From an uncultured Actinomycetes bacterium (GTDB lineage: Bacteria; Actinomycetota; Acidimicrobiia; Acidimicrobiales; SZUA-35), in NCBI GenBank assembly GCA_902826025.1, contig CADEDH010000003.1, forward strand, positions 21,743 through 85,742: a stretch of DNA of 64,000 nt. The letters are read 5' to 3'. Shown here one piece after another: positions 55,631 to 63,596 of the stretch. The position numbers and the translations under genes are program-made. Numbering within the stretch: the stretch's first letter is position 1; each line of letters starts with the position of its first letter. Under the pieces are notes generated by a model. It was not told the DNA's origin and ran no database searches. It saw only the letters and a program-made list of their open reading frames with translations.

Positions 55631-56101
55631 CGGCGCCACCCGATTCACTCGGTCGGGGGGGCACCGATGCGGGCAGAGCGAGCGCTCGGTGAACAGTAGG
55701 CCCAGGGACAGGGCCGATTTCCCGCGGGAAATTCGCTCACGCACCGCGATCGAGCCTCACGGCCCGCTGTCACTCGCCGCCACCCACGCCCGCGTCCATC
55801 ATGCGCAGCCACCGTCGGCAAGCGGGCTCAGGTCGTGGCGGTGGCAGCGATCTGACACGCATCAAGACCTTGCACGCCCTTTGGCCCACCCCTGTCTGTC
55901 AGGGTGAGGTGAGAGCAGCGGTGGACAGGCAGACCGGGTGATCCACAAGAGCCGTGATCGCATCTGTTACCCCCAACCATCAGTGATCCACCTTGGCGTT
56001 GATCAGCAGGGCTACCATGTCGCAGCTTGTCTCTGGTGGTTGCCGGTGCGGCGATGCCGAGATGTCCGATACGGAAGGGCGACATTGGAGGGGAATTTGA
56101 G

Positions 56102-56221
56102 ATGGGATCTCTCGCCCAGACAAGAAGTCTGCGCAACCGAACGATGTGCGTGTTCGCCCTGATATTGTTCGCGTTCGGGTTCCTTCTCTCTGTTCTCTGG
56201 TCCACAGCCTTGACCAGCTGA
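56102..56221 (+). CDS. candidate 39-aa hydrophobic small protein
   Basis: ATG preceded by GGAGG (about 10-nt spacer). MGSLAQTRSLRNRTMCVFALILFAFGFLLSVLWSTALTS has a basic N-terminus followed by one TM helix. It lies in a locally lower-GC stretch. Speculative. Confidence 0.25.
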   Translation: MGSLAQTRSLRNRTMCVFALILFAFGFLLSVLWSTALTS

Positions 56222-56516
56222 TCGCCCTTTCTGTGTGATAGCGCCCCTTGGCGCGGGACCTGCGGCCAGGCGTTCGTCCTGGTCCGCTGCGTCTGCAGCT
56301 CCGTTCGCGCCTCCGACAGGTACAGCGCGCACGCTGCCCGCACCGTGCGAGCCCTGGTGGCCGTCGGCGCCTCTCCCCCATCGACGCCACCAGCCACCAG
56401 GCAGCTCCGAGCGACGTGATGCCGCCCGACCTACGAGGTCGAATGGCCCGGTTCAACACCCGAGCCCAAAACCACCGATCGGCCGGACACGAGTGCCGGC
56501 TGACCTGGGGAAACTC

Positions 56517-56592
56517 TGGAGCGGACGACGCGATTTGAACGCGCGACCCTCACCTTGGCAAGGTGATGCTCTACCAGCTGAGCTACGTCCGC
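56517..56592 (-). tRNA. tRNA-Gly (anticodon GCC)
   Basis: The reverse complement is GCGGACGTAGCTCAGCTGGTAGAGCATCACCTTGCCAAGGTGAGGGTCGCGCGTTCAAATCGCGTCGTCCGCTCCA. It folds as a cloverleaf: a 7-bp acceptor stem, D arm GCTC/GAGC, anticodon stem TCACC/GGTGA with loop TTGCCAA, a T arm with loop TTCAAAT, and an encoded CCA. Confidence 0.95.
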
Positions 56593-56650
56593 ATGTTTGC
56601 GAGATCGAATGATAGCGGGCCAGGCTGGCCTTGACACCGCTTTCCCGGCA

Positions 56651-56872
56651 TCAGGTCGTCGGCCGCAGATCGATCTTGAGGGTGAGCACGCCATCGTCGA
56701 CCGACGCCTCGGCGTCGCCGATGATGGCGAAGTCCATGTAGTCGGCCTCGGCCTGGCGGATGAACATCTGACGCTCCTCGCCCCCCACCGGGGGCAGGTT
56801 CCGCTTGCGGACGGCCGCCGCCCGCTCCTGGAACCGGACGATCATCGCCTGGGGGTCGAAGCTCTCAGCCAT
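56651..56872 (-). CDS. small conserved-looking hypothetical protein
   Basis: 73 aa with balanced composition (MAESFDPQAMIVRFQERAAAVRKRNLPPVGGEERQMFIRQAEADYMDFAIIGD...). I recognise no family. Confidence 0.5.
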   Translation of the reverse strand: MAESFDPQAMIVRFQERAAAVRKRNLPPVGGEERQMFIRQAEADYMDFAIIGDAEASVDDGVLTLKIDLRPTT

Positions 56873-56893
56873 CGCCCCACACTATCGGCCCCG

Positions 56894-57391
56894 CTAGTGA
56901 CGGCGGGCCGGAGGATAGCCGTAGGGATCGCCCTCGTCGTCCTGCAGCAGGCGCCGCCTTGGCTCGCCCTGCTGCGACCGGTACGGGTCACTGCCGGTCG
57001 GGCTGGCATAGCGAGGGTCGTACCCGCGCCCATCGACACCGCGAGGGTCGTAGACCTGGCTGCGGGGGTCGTAGGCCTGGCTGCGGGGATCGTAGGCCTG
57101 GTTGCGGGGGTCACGCCGGGGGTCGTAGCCGCCCTGTTGTGTGGCGTATCCCGCTTGGGCCGCCAAGCGGGGATCCGCCGCCGGATAGGAGGGGCCGCCC
57201 CGCAGATCGACATCGGGACCGCCCCCGGCCGGCTGGAGCACACGCCGCACCCGGCGCTTGGGGTTGGTGGAACGCCAGTACCACAGGGTGATCAGGAACA
57301 GCAGCCCGGCGAACACGAGCAGAGCGATGATCAGCATCGTGATGAACCGCTGAGTCTCTTCCGACTCCGTCACGAGGACCAGGCTGAGCAC
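56894..57391 (-). CDS. single-pass membrane protein with YDPR-type repeats
   Basis: It has a TM helix (MLIIALLVFAGLLFLITLWYW), then a Pro/Arg/Gln-rich tail containing GYDPRRDPRNQAYDPRSQAYDPRSQVYDPRGVDGRGYDPRY. The start is GTG at 57391 or ATG at 57337. Confidence 0.55.
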   Translation of the reverse strand: MLSLVLVTESEETQRFITMLIIALLVFAGLLFLITLWYWRSTNPKRRVRRVLQPAGGGPDVDLRGGPSYPAADPRLAAQAGYATQQGGYDPRRDPRNQAYDPRSQAYDPRSQVYDPRGVDGRGYDPRYASPTGSDPYRSQQGEPRRRLLQDDEGDPYGYPPARRH

Positions 57392-57460
57392 TGTTCAAAG
57401 CTACCCCATCGCCCGCCGACCCAGGCGACACCCATCCCCCGACTCCCGCTCGTCGGCCCG

Positions 57461-58243
57461 TCAGTGCTGGTGGCGGGGGCAGGAGTAGGTGGTTCGCCCC
57501 CCGATCTGGCGCCGCAACAGCTCGGCCCCGTCCTTGGGGCAACGCCCGCCCCGTACCCGGGCCGGCATCAGCTTCCCGGTGTGGGAACCGCCGTCCCGCA
57601 GGAAGTCCTCCAGCACCCGTCGCAGATGACGCAGCACCTTCGACCTCTCCTGGTCCGACAACGACCCCGCCGCTCGGGCCGGATCGATCCCGGCCCGCCA
57701 CAGCACCTCGTCGCAGATGAGGTTGCCCACGCCGGCCAGGCGGGACTGGTCCATCAGCCGGGCCTTGAGCGCCACCTCTCCTTTGAACACCCGTTCGTTC
57801 AGGTCACCCAGGGTGGCGGTGAAGGCATCGACCCCCAAGGCCTCCTCGTCGGGCTCGAGCTGCACGCCGCCCAGCCGCCGCGGATCCTGGATCCGAAGAT
57901 GGCCGCCATCGGTGAAGCGGAGCCCGAACCGGTCCCACGCCGGGTCGGCCCGGATGCTGGCGTATTCCAGGTACTCGATGGCCGACAGGTCGTCGACGAT
58001 CAGCCGCCCCGTCATCCCGAACCGCAACCCCAGGCGGACCCCGTTCGACATCACCAGCACCAGCAGCTTGCCCCTCCGGGTGGCGGCCACCACCTCGTGA
58101 CCCGTCAGGGCTTCGGTGACCTCCCGGGCGGTGATCCCGCCCTTGAGGAACCAGTCGTCGTTGGCCTCGACGGCGGCCACCGTCCGGCCCACCACCCGTT
58201 CGGCAGCCCGCCGGTAGATCTCGATCTCGATTCCCTCGGGCAC
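57461..58243 (-). CDS. Fpg/Nei-family DNA glycosylase/AP lyase
   Basis: 260 aa. It has the N-terminal MPEGIEIE (catalytic Pro2/Glu3), an H2TH region (MDQSRLAGVGNLICDEVLWRAGI) and a C-terminal finger CPKD-x16-CPRH. Confidence 0.85.
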   Translation of the reverse strand: MPEGIEIEIYRRAAERVVGRTVAAVEANDDWFLKGGITAREVTEALTGHEVVAATRRGKLLVLVMSNGVRLGLRFGMTGRLIVDDLSAIEYLEYASIRADPAWDRFGLRFTDGGHLRIQDPRRLGGVQLEPDEEALGVDAFTATLGDLNERVFKGEVALKARLMDQSRLAGVGNLICDEVLWRAGIDPARAAGSLSDQERSKVLRHLRRVLEDFLRDGGSHTGKLMPARVRGGRCPKDGAELLRRQIGGRTTYSCPRHQH

Positions 58244-58258
58244 CGGCTGTCGCCCGAC

Positions 58259-59458
58259 CTACTGCAGGACCTTGTACTGCTCGGCCAGATACCGGCTGAC
58301 CATCGGGTTCACCTGATCGGCCTCGATCAGGAACCCGTCGTGGCCGTGAGCCGACTCGATGAGATGGAACTCCACCGGCACCCCGCTGGCCTTCAACCCG
58401 GCGGCCAGCTCCTGTTGCTGGCGGGGGGTGTAGAGGATGTCGCTGGTGACCGAAGCCACCAGGCTCGGGGCCCGGACCCGGCCCAGGGCCGAACTCACCC
58501 CGCCCCGCCCCCGGCCCACATCGTGGAGGTCCATCGCCTTGTTGAGCACCAGGTAGCTGTTGGCGTCGAACCGGCGCACCAGCTTCTGTCCGTGGTAGTC
58601 GAGGTAGCTCTCGATCTGGAACCGGTCCCACAGGTTGAACTGATCGAGACGGTCGACCGAGGCCCGGCCGAAGCGCTGCTCGAACGACTCGTCGCTCCGG
58701 TAGTGGATCTGGGCGATCCGCCGGGCCAGCATCAGCCCCTCGTGGGGACCCTGCCCCGGCGGGGCGTCGTAGTACTCGCCGCCATTCCAGCAGGGATCCT
58801 GCACCACGGCCAGCCGGCCGACCTGGCTCCACCCGATCTGGATGGGGCTGGCCGACGCCGCCGAGGCCAGGTTGACCATGCAGGTCACCCGGTCGGGGAA
58901 CATCACCGCCCACTCCAGCGCCTGCATGCCCCCCATCGACCCCCCGACAACGGCGAACCAACGCTTGATACCGAGGTGGTCGGCCAGGAGGGCCTGGGTT
59001 CGGACCATGTCGCGGATCGACACCACGGGGAACCGGGAGGCGTACGGCCGCCCGTCTTCCGGGTGGGGCGACGCCGGCCCGGTTGAGCCCTGGCACCCGC
59101 CCAGCACGTTGGCGCACACGATGAACCACCGCTCAGGGTCGAGCGCCTTGCCCGGGCCGATGAAATCGTTCCACCAGCCCTCCGACCGCTGCCCGGCCCC
59201 CGACGGGCCGGCGGCATGGGCGTCACCGGTGAGGGCGTGGCACAACAGCACGGCGTTGGACGCCTCGGCGTCGAGCTCACCCCACGTCTCGAAGGCCAGG
59301 GTCACCTCGTCGAGCCGGCTCCCCCCCTCCAGGGCGAAGCAGCGGCCCTCGGCCACCCGGGCGAACCGGCGCCACGCCACCGGATCACCGGCGCGCCAGG
59401 CACCGGTGGCGGGAAAGGGCTCATGCTCCGGAGCCGGAGGCCGGCGGAGGGACGACAC
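58259..59458 (-). CDS. metX: homoserine O-acetyltransferase
   Basis: The protein-like part starts at GTG (VSSLRRPP...). Motifs seen: NAVLLCHALTGDAHAAG and the nucleophile VVGGSMGGMQALEW. The C-terminal ESAHGHDGFL is typical of MetX. Confidence 0.85.
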   Translation of the reverse strand: MSSLRRPPAPEHEPFPATGAWRAGDPVAWRRFARVAEGRCFALEGGSRLDEVTLAFETWGELDAEASNAVLLCHALTGDAHAAGPSGAGQRSEGWWNDFIGPGKALDPERWFIVCANVLGGCQGSTGPASPHPEDGRPYASRFPVVSIRDMVRTQALLADHLGIKRWFAVVGGSMGGMQALEWAVMFPDRVTCMVNLASAASASPIQIGWSQVGRLAVVQDPCWNGGEYYDAPPGQGPHEGLMLARRIAQIHYRSDESFEQRFGRASVDRLDQFNLWDRFQIESYLDYHGQKLVRRFDANSYLVLNKAMDLHDVGRGRGGVSSALGRVRAPSLVASVTSDILYTPRQQQELAAGLKASGVPVEFHLIESAHGHDGFLIEADQVNPMVSRYLAEQYKVLQ

Positions 59459-59468
59459 GGCCCCGAGC

Positions 59469-61277
59469 CTACCGAACCTGGTCCGGGCCGGCCTCAACCA
59501 TTTCCGGGCCACCGGCACCGTGGTACCCGCCGCCGGCCGGGCCCGACCAGCTCCGCCGGCCCCCGGAGCGCTCGGGTAGCCGATGCTGCCACCAATCGAA
59601 CACATCGCCCGACGCCCCGTAGGCCTCGGTCATGAGCCGCGCCACCCCAACCGCCACGGCCCGGGCCGCGGCCCGCCCTCCGTCGTCCTGGCCCCCGTCG
59701 AGGGGCTGCCTGGCCAGAGCAGCCACCAGGGCCGCCGCCTCGTCCCACCGGTCGAGGTCGGGCGGCAACGGCAGCTCCACCACCTGGCGGGCGGCCAGCT
59801 TCACCGCGTCGATGGCCATGGCCGTGCCGAACCAGCGGCGCCAGGCCCAGGCCACCACCGGCGGGGCCAGCAGCACGGCCGCCACCCGGTTCAGCTGGTC
59901 GACGTCGGCGTGGACGGCGACGAGAGGGGTGGCCGGGGCCACGATCCCGTGGCGGTCCACGCACGGCTCCAGCAGCCGGGTCTGGGTGGCGAGCAGTACC
60001 TTCGGCCGGAGCTGGCGGTCGAGCCAGCCTGCGATCCGGGGCGGCAGGGCACTGCGGTCGACCACCGGGCGCTCCCAGTCCCGCCCACCGAAGCGGATCG
60101 GGCCCGTGCCCCAAGCCGTCCACAGGGGGTCGACGGCGCCCACCGTCATCAGCCGGGCCGTGGCCCGCCCGTCGGCTTCCTCCCCCGCCGCCGCCTCTCG
60201 GCACGCCGCCACCAGGGCGTAGTGCTCGTCGCGGAACCCGGCCGTGGCCGACGCCAGGTCGCCCAGCCGCCGTCGTCCGGGCCCCGAACCCGGACTGGCC
60301 GTCGACCCCGATGGCGAGGGGGCGAGCGACGGAGGCAGGGCCGGGGCCCCCAGGGCGTCGGCCGCCAGCTCACCCCACGAGGCCCGGGGCCTCACACCCC
60401 CGACCGTCACCGCCGGCCCGTGGGCCACCAGAACGTCGGCCCCTCCCCCACCGCCCACGTCGAGCACCACGGCACAGGCCCGCACCCCGGCGTCGAACAC
60501 GGCCTCCCGGGCCGCCCAGAGTGCCCGCAGGGGGGCGGCCGAGGCCAGATGGTCCCGCAGCCCGGCCGTGTCCCGCCCGGCCAGAACGGACTGGGGCTGC
60601 ACCAACGCCACCGTCGACCCCGGGGCCACCTGCCCTGCGGCCTGGAGCAGGTGGATGGCGGCCAGGTCGGCGTAGGGACCCAGCACATCGGCCCGATCGG
60701 CCCGGAACCGGGCCGCCGTCTCAGGAAGGGTGCCCTGCTTGAGTGGGGTGGCGAACGGCGGGTTGCCGACCACGAGCACCGGACCCCGCCGCCACCGGTC
60801 GGGCCATTGGGCCAGAGCGTCGCCCTGGGTCACATCGAACGACGGCACCGGACCGGTGCCGTCCCGGGCCAGCCACCACAGGGCCAGGCCCCACCGGGTG
60901 ACCTGGACGGCGCCGGGATCGACGTCGAGCCCGGCCACCCGGGCCAGTGCCTCGGCCGGGTCGGCTCCGGCCGCCACGAACCGGTCGAGGGCGGCCAGGA
61001 GGAACGCCCCACCGCCACACGTGGGGTCCACCACCAGATCGGGCGGCGCTCCCGTCGGGCCGATGGCCAGGGCGAGCAGCCCATCGACCACCGGGCCGGG
61101 CGTGTACCAGGCCCCGCGGGCCCGACGATCGGCGGACGGGGCCGACAGCTCGTGTACCAGGCCCACCAGCCACGGGTCGGCCCACCCCCGCGGCGGATCG
61201 GGCCCATCGGTCCCCAGAACGGCCGGATTCGGCACGTCGAGCTCTGATCCCGACGGATCGCCCAGCTCGGCTGCCAC
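59469..61277 (-). CDS. N6-adenine DNA methyltransferase (gamma-class, Eco57I/TaqI-like) with C-terminal target-recognition domain
   Basis: Motifs seen: GAWYTPGPVV, motif I VVDPTCGGGAFL, motif IV VVGNPPFATP, and a TaqI_C-like tail ending ...KLAARQVVELPLP. The start is uncertain. GTG at 61277 is the first start codon I identified downstream of the helicase stop, whereas the track ORF extends to 61502. Confidence 0.7.
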   Translation of the reverse strand: MAAELGDPSGSELDVPNPAVLGTDGPDPPRGWADPWLVGLVHELSAPSADRRARGAWYTPGPVVDGLLALAIGPTGAPPDLVVDPTCGGGAFLLAALDRFVAAGADPAEALARVAGLDVDPGAVQVTRWGLALWWLARDGTGPVPSFDVTQGDALAQWPDRWRRGPVLVVGNPPFATPLKQGTLPETAARFRADRADVLGPYADLAAIHLLQAAGQVAPGSTVALVQPQSVLAGRDTAGLRDHLASAAPLRALWAAREAVFDAGVRACAVVLDVGGGGGADVLVAHGPAVTVGGVRPRASWGELAADALGAPALPPSLAPSPSGSTASPGSGPGRRRLGDLASATAGFRDEHYALVAACREAAAGEEADGRATARLMTVGAVDPLWTAWGTGPIRFGGRDWERPVVDRSALPPRIAGWLDRQLRPKVLLATQTRLLEPCVDRHGIVAPATPLVAVHADVDQLNRVAAVLLAPPVVAWAWRRWFGTAMAIDAVKLAARQVVELPLPPDLDRWDEAAALVAALARQPLDGGQDDGGRAAARAVAVGVARLMTEAYGASGDVFDWWQHRLPERSGGRRSWSGPAGGGYHGAGGPEMVEAGPDQVR

Positions 61278-61369
61278 CCGGAGGGCGACGGCACCGGCCA
61301 GGGCGACCGGATCAGCCCTGGCGTGACGGCGGCGCAGCTCCCGGGCCCAGCGGGCCGGAGCAGCCAGGG

Positions 61370-62536
61370 TCAGTGGGCGACCGCCGCCGGATCCCAGCCG
61401 GTCAGGTCGCCCAGGCGGGGATCGTTGGAGAACATCTCCACGATCGGGATGTCGAGCGCCAGACGCTTCTGCATCCGCTTGACCTCGAGCTCCTGGTTCC
61501 ACAGCACGAGGGTGACGGCCAGGCCCGATCCGCCGGCCCGGGCCGTACGGCCCGAACGGTGGAGGTAGGTCTTGTGATCGTCGGGCGGGTCGAAGTGGAT
61601 CACCACGTCGACATCGTCGACATGGATGCCCCGGGCCGCCACGTCGGTGGCCACCAGCGCCTGGGTCTTGCCCTCGGAGAAGTCCTTGAGGGCCTTCTCC
61701 CGCTGGCGCTGGCGCAGATCACCGTGGATGGCCTCGGCCACCACGTCAAGCTTCTGGAGGCTCTCGGCCAGCCGGTCACAGGCCCGCTTGGTGTTGCAGA
61801 ACACCATCGTGCGCTTGTTGGCGTTGACGATGGCCGCCACCACCCGGGTGCGGTCCATCTCGTGCACGGTGACGAAGCGGTGGGTCATCGCCGAGACGGT
61901 GACCTCCTTCTCCTCCACCTCATGGCGCACTGGATCGTGCTGGTAGCGCCGCACGAGGGTGTCGATCGCACCGTCCAGCGTGGCCGAGAACAGCAGGGTC
62001 TGATGGTCGCCGTCGATCCGGCGCAGTATCCACTCCACCTGGGGGAGGAAGCCCATGTCGGCCATGCGGTCGGCCTCGTCGATCACCACATGGTCAACCC
62101 GGGCGACGTCGATCACCCCCCGCTCCATGAGGTCGATCATGCGGCCCGGGGTGGCGACGATGAGGTCGACCCCCTTGCGCACCTTGGCGATCTGGCGATC
62201 CATGTCGGCGCCGCCGTAGACGGCGAGGCTCTGGAGGCCCATGCCCTTGGCCAGCGGCTCCAGCTCGGAGAACACCTGGACGGCCAGCTCCCGGGTGGGG
62301 ACGAGGATGAGAGCTCCGATGCCTTCCCTCTCACGGGCAGCCATGAGCTGCACGAGGGGAATACCGAAGGCGAGAGTCTTGCCCGAGCCGGTCTTGGCCT
62401 TGCCGCAGACGTCGCGGCCGGCGAGGGCATCGGCGATAGTCAGCTCTTGGATGGGGAACGCCTGCTCAATCCCTTTTGCCTGCAGTGCGTCCACGATGGC
62501 CGGAGCTACGCCTAGCTCGACGAACGTTGTGGTCAA
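61370..62536 (-). CDS. DEAD-box ATP-dependent RNA helicase
   Basis: Motifs seen: Q-motif region TFVELGVAPAIVDALQAKGIEQAFPIQ, Walker A AKTGSGKT, DEAD (VIDEADRM), SAT and HRSGRTARAG. The TTG start with an AGGA RBS was chosen, but the start is uncertain. Confidence 0.9.
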   Translation of the reverse strand: MTTTFVELGVAPAIVDALQAKGIEQAFPIQELTIADALAGRDVCGKAKTGSGKTLAFGIPLVQLMAAREREGIGALILVPTRELAVQVFSELEPLAKGMGLQSLAVYGGADMDRQIAKVRKGVDLIVATPGRMIDLMERGVIDVARVDHVVIDEADRMADMGFLPQVEWILRRIDGDHQTLLFSATLDGAIDTLVRRYQHDPVRHEVEEKEVTVSAMTHRFVTVHEMDRTRVVAAIVNANKRTMVFCNTKRACDRLAESLQKLDVVAEAIHGDLRQRQREKALKDFSEGKTQALVATDVAARGIHVDDVDVVIHFDPPDDHKTYLHRSGRTARAGGSGLAVTLVLWNQELEVKRMQKRLALDIPIVEMFSNDPRLGDLTGWDPAAVAH

Positions 62537-62678
62537 CTTGAGTCCTGATCTGATGAGTTTTAGACGGTGCTGTCCCAGTCGGCATCCGCACGAAGAGCTT
62601 GACCGCACTTCCAGGCTACCGGCACCACGGGGGCGGGACGCGCATCCTGGTCAGCCCACCGCGTAGTGTAGGCCGACG

Positions 62679-63494
62679 ATGACCGCCCTGGACCAGCTGA
62701 GCGAATGGCCGGCCTCCCACGCCGAAGCCGGCTGGACCGCCCTCGACGGCCGCGGGGCCCGCACCGACGGCGCCCAGCGACCCTTTCCCCTCGCCTCGGT
62801 GACCAAGCCGCTGACCGCCTTCGCCGTCCTGGTGGCGGTGGAGGAGGGCACGTTGGCCCTCGACCAGCCGGCCGGGCCGCCGGGCTCCACCATCGCCCAC
62901 CTGCTGGCCCACGCCTCGGGCCTGGGCGAAGACCCCGCTGCGCCCCTGGCCGCCCCCGGCCGGCGCCGGATCTATTCCAACGCCGGTTTCGACGCGCTCG
63001 GGGCCGAGCTGGCTGAGGCCGCCGGGATGAGCACGGCCGACTACATCCGCGAGGCGGTGGCCGAGCCGCTGGGCCTGTCGGCTACCGCCCTGGACGGCCC
63101 GTCGCCGGCCAAAGATGGCGTCAGCACCGTCGCTGACCTGCTGAAACTCGGCCTGGAGTGGTTGGCCCCCACGCTGGTGGACCCGACCACGCTGGCTCGG
63201 GCCACCACCCCGTGCTGGCCCGACCTGGTGGGCGTGCTGCCCGGTTTCGGCCGCCAGGATCCCAACCCGTGGGGCCTGGGCTTCGAGATCCGTGGCCACA
63301 AGCAGCCCCACTGGACAGGCGCCGCCAACAGCCCCACCACCTTCGGCCACTTCGGGCGCGCCGGCACCTTCCTGTGGGTCGATCCCGCCCGCCGCCTGGT
63401 GTGCTGCGCGCTCAGCGACGAGCCGTTCGGTCCGTGGGCCACCGTCGCCTGGCCTGCCCTGGCCGACGGGGTGATCGCCGACGCCGGCGCCTGA
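62679..63494 (+). CDS. serine hydrolase, beta-lactamase/transpeptidase-like family
   Basis: 271 aa. It has the SxxK motif in FPLASVTKPLTAFAVL and a YSN motif (RIYSNAGF). Confidence 0.75.
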   Translation: MTALDQLSEWPASHAEAGWTALDGRGARTDGAQRPFPLASVTKPLTAFAVLVAVEEGTLALDQPAGPPGSTIAHLLAHASGLGEDPAAPLAAPGRRRIYSNAGFDALGAELAEAAGMSTADYIREAVAEPLGLSATALDGPSPAKDGVSTVADLLKLGLEWLAPTLVDPTTLARATTPCWPDLVGVLPGFGRQDPNPWGLGFEIRGHKQPHWTGAANSPTTFGHFGRAGTFLWVDPARRLVCCALSDEPFGPWATVAWPALADGVIADAGA

Positions 63495-63498
63495 CGTA

Positions 63499-63545
63499 TT
63501 CTGGCGCGTATAAATAGCGCTGAGCGCACAATAGGCGCGCCAGAA
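63499..63545. other. 10-bp perfect inverted repeat TTCTGGCGCG-n27-CGCGCCAGAA with AT-rich loop
   Basis: Read directly. It lies in the 102-bp gap between the hydrolase stop and the next gene. It could be a terminator or an operator. Confidence 0.4.
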
Positions 63546-63596
63546 CGCGACGAGAGTCAAGCCGGGCCGGCACCGGGCCGATCATCGTTGGGAACT

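Noticed and set aside
55631-56592. Integrated prophage or genomic island at tRNA-Gly
   Set aside because: I saw no integrase, no phage or conjugation genes, and no direct repeat of the tRNA 3' end. Only a decayed remnant remains possible, and that is reported as a low-certainty finding.
59469-62536. Restriction-modification, BREX or helicase-containing defence system (methylase plus helicase)
   Set aside because: The helicase is a short canonical DEAD-box RNA helicase (Q-motif, DEAD, SAT, HRSGRTARAG). The neighbours are metX and fpg. No nuclease, PglZ, specificity subunit or ATPase partner is present.
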